From NCBI GenBank assembly GCA_024626585.2, contig JANKJI020000004.1:14403180-14424041 (forward strand): 20,862 nt of DNA. The letters run 5' to 3'. The notes below the pieces were generated by a model. That model made no database searches and was not told the DNA's origin. It worked only from the letters and a program-made list of their open reading frames with translations. Position 1 is the stretch's first letter. Each line of letters opens with the position of its first letter. The DNA comes from Ginkgo biloba (lineage: Eukaryota; Plantae; Ginkgophyta). Made by a program: the position numbers and the translations under genes. This document shows positions 12,004-20,862 of the stretch, piece by piece.

Positions 12004-13615
12004 NNNNNNNNNNNNNNNNNNNNNNNNNNNNNNNNNNNNNNNNNNNNNNNNNNNNNNNNNNNNNNNNNNNNNNNNNNNNNNNNNNNNNNNNNNNNNNNNN
12101 NNNNNNNNNNNNNNNNNNNNNNNNNNNNNNNNNNNNNNNNNNNNNNNNNNNNNNNNNNNNNNNNNNNNNNNNNNNNNNNNNNNNNNNNNNNNNNNNNNNN
12201 NNNNNNNNNNNNNNNNNNNNNNNNNNNNNNNNNNNNNNNNNNNNNNNNNNNNNNNNNNNNNNNNNNNNNNNNNNNNNNNNNNNNNNNNNNNNNNNNNNNN
12301 NNNNNNNNNNNNNNNNNNNNNNNNNNNNNNNNNNNNNNNNNGTCTATAAGAAATGCAATGATTCTAGATGAATAGTGGCCAAGGCCATGGGATGTTGTGA
12401 AAAATACAAATTAGATCTGAATTGAAGAGAAAAGAAAGGATAGTGAATTGGTTATTTATCCTCTTGTAGGATGTCCTATCATAGAGATGTAAATAAAACC
12501 AAGTAAATGCACTAATCAAACAAGTAAGTATATAGATGAAGGATTGGGATACATTTTAGTTTCAAATTTTGAATAGGACTATGAGCTAAAATTCATTACA
12601 AAGACGATGTGATAATTTTGGAAACAAATTGAAGCAGGTGTGGAGATCAGAGAACTAAACATGTGGCATATGCCTGAGACAAAGAACACCTACCATAGAT
12701 CAACCATAGATTAGAACTAATCGATGTAGCAGATCAATGCTATACACGCAACTCACAGAGAAAAATTGCACGATGTCAAAATTAAATGCGACAATTTTTT
12801 GATATTTATTTTGGAAAAATTAATTATTTTCAAATGTTTGACATCAATTAAATTCGATTGGAATTTAATTTTAAATCTATCTTTTTAGCTCTCAAGTCAA
12901 AGATCAATGTTATATGGAGAAAATCATGCGATTGGGTACTTTAAAAATATGAATTTTCAAGCTAATTTAATTTTACCCTACCTTTGATTATTGTTTATAT
13001 CATATCTTCCACATATAGAGTCTAATTTCAAAATCATCTATTCTATTAAAAAATATATTCAGAGAGCTTTGATTCGGGTATATGGATGATCATATTTGGA
13101 GATATCTAGTTCTATCTTTTTAATGTTTGAAGTTGAGTAAATAAATTTTTGGTGTTATGAAAAGGATCCAAGTAGAAATAATTTTTTGTTTATAGAAATA
13201 TATTGGAAAATCCATCAAACAAAGTCATTTACGAAAAGAATTTGAGATACTATATCTTCTTATAGCAAAAAATTAGGGATAGTGCTCAGAACTTGTAAAT
13301 TGGTTCATCAAGAACTCATTTGTTAACCATTCCAGAATCAAGTTATAAAATGGACATAAGATGAATAATTATAGGGATGAATACAAGGACAAATATTGAA
13401 TACACAAAAGTACGAGATTGAGGTGGAGACCAAGATTGAACCAAATTTGAGAAGCACGAAGATTGAGGACTATGAATACGTGATCCATGATATATGATGT
13501 CATATATATAAAAATGTAAATGAGTACCTAATCAGCTATAAAACCCAAAGAGGTAAGCAAGAACCATATTCAATCAAATGTAATTTGTCATATAGAAGTT
13601 GTCATTAAGGGGGGA

Positions 13616-13923
13616 TGTTAGAATATTAATGACAATTCTANNNNNNNNNNNNNNNTCCACAAGAGTATCTAGATTATTGTGTTACCCTTAGTTATGTTGG
13701 GTGAAGTGTTACCCTTAGATTATTTACATAAGCCAAAGTTTCAATATAAATATATGTATTGTCTAAGTGTTAAGTTTATTAGTTAGATGAGTTGTTGTGA
13801 GTCTCAAGTGATGTAATATTGTACATGTGCAATGTGAACAATTGTTAAATTTTACATCTTATGTGTTTTGTGCTTATTGTGCTTATGTGATTATGTGATT
13901 GCATTGTGATAGTCATTTTAACA
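13616..13923 (+). repeat. 3' LTR, 308 bp
   Basis: TGTTAGAA...TTTTAACA inverted termini, preceded by the PPT, with a TATAAATA motif near 13745 and a TG-rich U5-like end. Confidence 0.85.
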
Positions 13924-14059
13924 CTAAGGAACATATGAAACCTCCTTTTAAGCCTTTTTTAAGCATGTTTAATTTTTTTATTAGACTTCTTAAGGCTATA
14001 TCTTTAATATAACTTGGGTTAGGGCTCCTTAGTATCAAATTTTCACTTTAGGTCATAAT

Positions 14060-14078
14060 ACACACACACACACACACA
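14060..14078. repeat. (AC)n microsatellite, about 9 units
   Basis: acacacacacacacacaca seen directly. Confidence 0.95.
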
Positions 14079-14486
14079 TTTTATATATGTAATACACTTT
14101 CTATTATTAGACTTGAGTATCATTTTGACTCATTTTTTAAACTATGGTATATAATAATTTATCTTATTTAATATAATAAAAAGGGAAATATTAATTGAAT
14201 TTAAGTAATAGTAGTTTGAAATGTATCTTGCCTTTAAATTCCACAACCTCCATGTCAATTTTATTAAGTCTTTAAGAAATATTTACAACATTGAATATAG
14301 TTACTATATGCTACACAAGCATGCCAACTAGAAAAGAAAATAACTATGAACATATAAGCAAGTATGCCAACTTCATTCATAATGAATATCTTATACTGAA
14401 TACTCCATTTATCATTAGTTAAAAAATTACATTATTTTAATTCCCAATATAATGTAGAGTAAGGTACAAGTACTAAAAATCAGCAT

Positions 14487-14859
14487 CATGATAATTTTTG
14501 ACAAAAGTTTGTCTTCACTCGAAGCTGTGACTAGATTTTTCCAACTTTTATTGCCATAAAAATAACATTCAATGCTAGTGGTCACTCACATCATAAATTT
14601 TTTTTCGAAATGGAAAAATATTCTAAAATGGTCACTTAAGGAGATGTGACACACCACAAAATGATAAATATGTGATTATCATGATGCAAATACTAGCAAT
14701 GAATAAAAAAATTGTGAATCATTTTAATTTTCCTAAAGATTTTCTCTCAACTTTGTCAAGGGTCTATTTGTATGTACAATTGCAAAGTCCCTAACCTTAT
14801 CAACAAGGAGGAATATCTTTCAAATATTCAAGGCATCGGAAGGAGACCTATCACCATAT
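14487..14859 (+). mobile_element. Possible highly decayed L1-type LINE reverse-transcriptase relic
   Basis: Motif remnants in the expected order across shifting frames: HDN (14487), FIAIKI (14547), FNFPKDF (14723), LIN (14796), GI/EGDLSPY (14832-14859). These resemble IxDN..MAIKID..FGFPxxF..LING..RGIRQGDPLSPY. Judged by eye only. Confidence 0.4.
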
Positions 14860-14999
14860 TACAGCTCCAAGAACATATCACATTATATCGTCTTCTCTTC
14901 CGGATTTGAATTTTTAAGACTTCAGTTAATTCTCAATAAAGACGTTACTGTTAAAAAACAATAAAATTATGCTTGCATTTAAAAGGCCAATTAAAGCTA

Positions 15000-15306
15000 T
15001 CGTTGTCCAATTTATACGCTAAAATCCGCGGCCGTATCAGATGTCCTGAATTAATTAACATTTGTCGAATTTGCAAGGTGGCACAATGAAGATCACACAT
15101 TTCATTTTCACACTACAGTAGGTTTACAGAGACAAAGGACGCAATACTTATCGCGTTTGTGTTTCGGTATACAGCGTCTACACGGGAATGGGGATGCCAC
15201 TGCTTATTCCCCTATATAAGCCCTACGCCGTTCCATCATTTTTCATAGCAGAGCGCTTTACTTGCATTGTTTTGAAGGTAATTGGTTTGAGCGTGATAAA
15301 GGATGG
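15000..15306 (+). promoter_or_regulatory. Probable RNA Pol II core promoter and 5' UTR of a gene whose body lies in the following gap
   Basis: Local CpG-retaining island in otherwise CpG-poor DNA. CCTATATAAG TATA box at 15211-15220, pyrimidine-rich initiator-like TCA about 25-30 nt downstream, and ATG at 15303 in good context (A at -3, G at +4) immediately before the N run. Confidence 0.55.
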
Positions 15307-16132
15307 NNNNNNNNNNNNNNNNNNNNNNNNNNNNNNNNNNNNNNNNNNNNNNNNNNNNNNNNNNNNNNNNNNNNNNNNNNNNNNNNNNNNNNNNNNNNNN
15401 NNNNNNGTAGTACTTATTTTTATAAGTTATTCTTCTTGTTACTCTATTCCATTGTATTCTTGATTATTATGATAATTCTTTGCATCCTAGATATTATTAT
15501 GCCTATCATAATCCATTTTTAAGCTACCATTTCATATTGCACTTATTGTTTGGATCTTATAATTTTTTGTTCTTTATGAATTATTATTTTTTCTCTAAAT
15601 TATTTAGTATTTTTTTTATTTGGGATGCTATAAGTTATATTAGAGTAATAAGGATCTTCGATTAATATTAGTATATGCTACTAATAAGACAACATGCCAT
15701 GAATAAAATATAATAAAAAGAGAAACTTCTAAAATAAGGTAAGGGAATAGTGGATAAGCTAGAGTACTTGAGCACTGAGATAGAAGCATAAAATATGAGC
15801 ATGAAGTCTTATCTATAGAATTTAAAGGGATTTTAAAGAATTAAGACACAATAACTTGGAGATTAAGTGGTTGAATGTTGTTTCATCAAGAATAAGAGAT
15901 TCTTGAAGAGTTATGAAGAGATAGTAACAATAACCATGATAATGATTTCATTGAATATTATCGTAGGATCTCATATATTTTATAGCTAAAAGTTCTAGAC
16001 TATAGTGAGAAACCACTATAAACCCATGACTAAATAAGTAAGATAAAAATTACATTGAAATAAGTAGGATTGCTCTAGTAAATGGAACAAGTTTGGATAA
16101 CCATTCAATTTATAGAAGGACCTACATATACA

Positions 16133-16561
16133 TAGAGATTGTGGTAGTGGGAAAGAAACCTAATTACAACCTAAATCTTCTAAAAATTTATCTCTAACTA
16201 CTAAAGGGCATATAAAAATTTAAATAATTCTTCTAATATTCAACTAGCACATGTTAACAAAGAAAGATAATAATTATAGAGATTATGGTAGTGGGAAAGA
16301 AACCAAATTATAACCCAAATCTTCTAAAAATTTATCTTTAAATTCTACTAAAGGAGATAGTAAAATTTAAATAAGTCTTATAATATTCAACTAACACACC
16401 TTTAACACAGAGAGATATTAATTATAGAGATCAAGATAGTGAGAAAGAAACCAAATTACGACCCAAATCTTCTAAAAGTTTATCTCTAAATTCTAATAAA
16501 GGGCTTACTAAAATTTAAATAAGTCTTATAATATTCAACTAGCACACCTTTAACAAGAGAG
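16133..16561. repeat. Tandem repeat, about 144-148-bp unit, about 3 copies, ending at a small gap
   Basis: Units start with tagagat at 16133, 16277 and 16425 and share gaaagaaacc, aaatcttctaaaa, aaaatttaaataa and taatattcaacta. Confidence 0.95.
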
Positions 16562-16769
16562 NNNNNNNNNNNNNNNNATAATTGAGGATTACATTAAGAA
16601 ATTCTAAATCATGAAGGAAAAAGAAAATATGAATGAAAATGATATGTGAGAATTTTATATTACTAATTTAAAAGTTAAAATTAAAATAAATATGAGAATG
16701 TTCAAACCTAAGACATTAGTAAATGTAATATTTATGCTTATCAGGTAGAATAAATGTAGTAATCCTTTT

Positions 16770-17460
16770 GATGAAGACATATCCCTATATAGAGGAGAAC
16801 TCAAATAATAATACTAAGCGACCATAATTGAAGGAAAATAGTAATAATTAAGTGATCAAAGTATAATAAGATAAGTACATCCTAATACAACAATCAACGG
16901 AATGATGTAAACAAGTGTCATCACTATGTAGTTCCATGGTATTTTATAAACAACATGTAGTTCCATGGTAAACTATTGATACAAATGCATTGAGATAATA
17001 TTAACATAATTATAGAAATAATGATCTCTATAGATCCTATACTTTGATAGTAAGATGAATTCTAATGTATCAGAGAGTACAAACAATGTTAAGAGAAGAT
17101 TAACCCCTTCGATTTGATCAATGCTTTTGAATACTTTGATAAAATCCTCCATTATCAAGAGGGTATATCAATATTTTCTAAGCATAATTTTTTTATCCCA
17201 ACATAATTTTTCTATAATATAATAGTTTTATAACACCTAAATTTTTTAGATATATCTAGTTCATATCTTACCATTAATTATGCTTATCCAACATAATTTA
17301 TTCTCTCCTAGAATCTTAACACCATCATGTTTTTATTTTCCTATCAATTTTTATACATGGGGGAACCACCCATGCTAGCTTCTTTTGTAGTAAATTTTCA
17401 CTCATTTCTAGCATTCGACTATTGACTAGCATTTTCAAGTAGTGATCTTTTACATTTTAT
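16770..17460 (-). mobile_element. Decayed L1-type LINE reverse-transcriptase relic
   Basis: Minus strand, shifting frames, in the expected order: KMLVNSR (like KILANR), ELDISKKF (KLDISKAF), IKKLCLENIDIPLLI..FKS..LFVL (WIxxC..LING..F..RQGDPLSPxLFVL), HSDDTCL (Y/FADDT; GATGAC at 16922-16917) and YIGICL (YLGxPL). Judged by eye only. Confidence 0.5.
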
Positions 17461-17677
17461 TTATTTTAATGATTATAACTCATGTTCTTTCATGGAAAAA
17501 TCCATTCATCCTTGTAATCCATTGTACATTCAATGGGTTAAGAATATTATTATAGATGTAATTAAATAAGGTCATGCNNNNNNNNNNNNNNNNNNNNNNN
17601 NNNNNNNNNNNNNNNNNNNNNNNNNNNNNNNNNNNNNNNNNNNNNNNNNNNNNNNNNNNNNNNNNNNNNNNNNNNNN

Positions 17678-17885
17678 TCAAGGTATTTGGAGAGAGAAAG
17701 AGAGTGTCATGGTTGTGATACTTGGGGTAGTTCCTATCAAGGAACTACCCCCTCATACTAAGAGCATTGTGAATTCTCTTAAACATGTGCATATATCTCG
17801 TGAATGGTTCTCTCTTGTACTTGTGCTGGTTCGTCACGGATTTATCTTCCTATTGGCAGGAGTTTGTCAACATTGGCGTCGTTGC
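17678..17885 (+). mobile_element. 3' end of an LTR plus tRNA-Asp primer-binding site (Athila-like Ty3/Gypsy)
   Basis: LTR-like end ...TGTCAACA at 17872, followed after 1 nt by TGGCGTCGTTGC (17874-17885). That is 11/12 identical to TGGCGCCGTTGC, the complement of the plant tRNA-Asp 3' end used by Athila elements. The left end is in a gap. Confidence 0.7.
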
Positions 17886-19583
17886 AATTAAAAAGAGTTC
17901 AAGGTCACAACTGTGAAAAACTCTGCCTAGACAATGACGTGTATATTCATACGTGACATGATTCAGATTAATGTGAGAAGGTCCAACAAAACCCAAATTC
18001 GTAAGAGGCTATGATGATATTATGTAACCCAAATAAAGAGTGGTTCATAAAGTGATGGTAGTAACATGAGCAGTAGACCCATGTATTAATGTTATGAGGA
18101 GAACTATCAAGCTCATAGTAATATTCTATTTTAGCTTCTTTGAGGTCCGTTGAACCCTTTGAGTTCTCCTCGATTAAGATAATTTTCTTTCTTTGTCAAT
18201 AGAGACTCCATTATGTGAGATAAGAATATCAAGAACTACACCATTTGGCCCTATTAACAATGCCTCGAAGCTAGCAAAGGGAAATGTTTTTACAAGTGCT
18301 AAGAAGTTAAGGGGTGAAATTCATCGAGCCCTCCTAGACATGAAAAATGCTTCTTCCATTATTGGCCTTTCACTTGAAAGAAACAAAGTGACATAATCCC
18401 CTACATCTAACACCATGCATTGCATTTTCAATATCAAGTACTAATGTCTTAGTAGAAATCCCTAGAATAGGTGAGGCTTTGCACTGTGACCAAGTGAAAT
18501 GCCTTCTAGAGAGGGTTGAAGAAGATGCCCCCTTCAAGTCTTTAGACACTATGTCATCTTAATAAATTTAGCCTCCCCTAGCAGGGTATTGGCCCTAACA
18601 GCTAAAAAATAATTTATGCTATGATTTATAGCTAATAGTAGTAACTTGACTACAAATAAATATGATCACACCATGGAGTAGAGAATGACCATAGGATACC
18701 ATAATTTTGAGATGCCATCTAATGGAAAAAATGCTGATCTAAAATGTGGGATCTTAGGTGGTAGNNNNNNNNNNNNNNNNNNNNNNNNNNNNNNNNNNNN
18801 NNNNNNNNNNNNNNNNNNNNNNNNNNNNNNNNNNNNNNNNNNNNNNNNNNNNNNNNNNNNNNNNNNNNNNNNNNNNNNNNNNNNNNNNNNNNNNNNNNNN
18901 NNNNNNNNNNNNNNNNNNNNNNNNNNNNNNNNNNNNNNNNNNNNNNNNNNNNNNNNNNNNNNNNNNNNNNNNNNNNNNNNNNNNNNNNNNNNNNNNNNNN
19001 NNNNNNNNNNNNNNNNNNNNNNNNNNNNNNNNNNNNNNNNNNNNNNNNNNNNNNNNNNNNNNNNNNNNNNNNNNNNNNNNNNNNNNNNNNNNNNNNNNNN
19101 NNNNNNNNNNNNNNNNNNNNNNNNNNNNNNNNNNNNNNNNNNNNNNNNNNNNNNNNNNNNNNNNNNNNNNNNNNNNNNNNNNNNNNNNNNNNNNNGTTGT
19201 TATGTTGTGTCTCAGTATTATATTTCCATGACTATGTAAATTGTAGATTGGTCAAAAATGATAAGTGCAACATTAGTTGCGAAGGGGCCCGCAACTGTGG
19301 TGAATCTTTTTGTCTGACCAAGGACTGGAATTACAATAGTGATAATATCGACTACAACAGACAAATTCATGCAGACAACAAGCAGAGATCATTCTAGAGA
19401 TGCACAGATTTAGATCGACAACACACCTTGGAGTTTTTTAATTCTGGTTCTTTTTCAGGCTAAGGTTTTTCTTCAAGGCAAGCAACAACAACCTCATTGT
19501 TACGACGACAAACAAAAGTGACCACTCACCCACCAATTGGAGAAGTTAAATGATTGTCTAGACAGTGAAATCAAAATAAATTT

Positions 19584-19718
19584 GGAGTAGTAGGCAAAAT
19601 GGGTCCCTCCTCCTTTGAAAATTGGATGGAAAAAGGAAGTAGAGAGCAAAATGAGTGCCTCACCCTTGGGAATTAGATTGCAGCAAGGAGTAGAGAGAAA
19701 AATGGGTGCCTCCTCCTT
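19584..19718. repeat. Degenerate minisatellite, 51-52-bp unit, about 2.6 copies
   Basis: caaaatgggtccctcctcctt (19595), caaaatgagtgcctcaccctt (19647), aaaaatgggtgcctcctcctt (19698). Confidence 0.85.
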
Positions 19719-20319
19719 AATGGAAATGTTGCATTAAAATTAAAAATGGTTAATGCAATGCACTTCATAATCAATGGTGGTCCTTTTCACAACAAATCCA
19801 GTATCTAGTGTGGTTACCTATAAGACTAACGATCACTACGATTGGTAACTTAAGCAAACCAATAAATGGCATCTACACCATATGGATGTTCTTGATTTCA
19901 TTGAAGTTGGATACTGAGATTAGTTACCAAGGCACTATAGAAGAAGATAAAGATAATGTTCTAGACTATTTTTCACTTACTTATCTTAGGACAAAGACAA
20001 GAGTTTAGGTGTGGGTGAGTGTTGGATGATAAATGTTAATGTGATATTTCTATATCACTTTATGTATTAATGAGTAATTATGTACTGAGGGAAGTTAGAG
20101 AGTTCAATAAAATCAACTACCTACAAATATGTGTATAGGATGTTGATCAAGAGGGAGGGTAGGAGAGAGAAAAAATTCATGTATATAGTCATGAGAAAGT
20201 CCTGAGACTCTCAGGACTGCATCCTAGTCTAATACATGANNNNNNNNNNNNNNNNNNNNNNNNNNNNNNNNNNNNNNNNNNGGTGTTATAGATCTTGATC
20301 TCTATTGGTACCAAATCCA

Positions 20320-20705
20320 CTATAACAAGACCCCACCCTCAAGTCATGGTAGATATAAGAGAGCCTAATATTTTATTCAATGCTATGATAAGAATAGAAA
20401 TACTTAAAATATTCAAAACCAATAAGTTCATGAAGAAAAGTAAGTTATTAATCATGATGGACTAGATAAGTACTCTTAACATCCTAGATAAAACATAGAT
20501 TAAAGAATTAGGTCTCTACGTTGATAAAATATTTTCTTTTGGCATCTATACCACAACACCTGCAAAGCATGTGTGAAGAAGTGATAAAAAATATTAAAGT
20601 GAATCTAGGAGATTACGTGCTCAAATAATCATTTTACATGAATAAAATCATAATGGTAGATGTCGTATTAGGAGTGTAGTGAAAAATCACATTAGAGATG
20701 TAGAA
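20320..20705 (-). mobile_element. Possible decayed Ty1/Copia RNase H C-terminus, PPT and LTR start
   Basis: Minus-strand remnants ISNVIFH (like IAxNPVFH), HYDFIHVK and LG..IYHDLRVG (like LG..IY..LRGGV), then CTTGAGGGTGGGG followed by TGTTATAG at 20327. Weak, judged by eye. Confidence 0.3.
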
Positions 20706-20862
20706 GATCTCCTTACATTCAAAATATTAACGTAAAAAATATATCATCAAGGGAATAAAAGATTCTAAAATAAGGTAGTAGACGGGTGAAAGAAATCTAA
20801 GGTGACACTATTTTAGGCAAAGAAAAAAAAAAAAAAATAAGGCCAAAATTTTTTTGAGGAAT

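Larger units (their letters stand above)
11917..13923 (+). mobile_element. Short non-autonomous LTR retrotransposon (about 2.0 kb, TRIM-like or deletion derivative, Copia-type ends)
   Basis: Two LTR copies start TGTTAGAATATTAATGA (11917 and 13616) with 3 mismatches in 72 comparable nt. PPT AAGGGGGGA at 13607-13615 abuts the 3' LTR, which ends TTTTAACA at 13923. The near-perfect 5-bp TSD is CTAAA (11912-11916) / CTAAG (13924-13928). The readable internal region has no ORF; any PBS would lie in the 12004-12341 gap. Confidence 0.88.

Noticed and set aside
16926-16970. 16-bp direct repeat atgtagttccatggta, two copies
   Set aside because: A simple local duplication within the LINE relic; not an array, and the 13-bp spacer is too short to be an element.
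11930-19239. ORFs consisting largely of X residues (also 10627-10878)
   Set aside because: Artefacts of translating through N gaps.
19276-19297. Hairpin AGTTGCG-N8-CGCAACT
   Set aside because: Short stem with no adjacent CTRR or U-tract; compatible with chance.
3440-19718. Tandem repeats as CRISPR-like arrays
   Set aside because: Units are similar over their whole length with no unique spacers, there are no cas genes, and the context is eukaryotic.

Overview
AT-rich, CpG-depleted eukaryotic DNA, most likely a repeat-rich land-plant scaffold. It has ten N gaps: 5401-5500, 9002-9101, 10772-10871, 12004-12341, 13641-13655, 15307-15406, 16562-16577, 17578-17677, 18765-19195 and 20240-20281. I see no intact protein-coding gene. 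The window is mostly transposon remnants: (1) the 5' part of a minus-strand Helitron with a decayed, intron-containing Rep/helicase gene; (2) two overlapping pseudogene fragments of an LRR receptor-like kinase/protein; (3) a young-looking 193-bp tRNA-derived SINE with a 15-bp TSD that appears to carry two convergent tRNA-like heads, the most unusual object here; (4) a 2.0-kb non-coding LTR element with 308-bp LTRs, PPT and TSD; (5) an LTR end with a tRNA-Asp PBS; (6) several heavily decayed LINE-RT and Copia-like relics; (7) short tandem repeats; and (8) a CpG-retaining TATA promoter whose ATG runs into an assembly gap. All family assignments come from reading motifs by eye, not from database searches.
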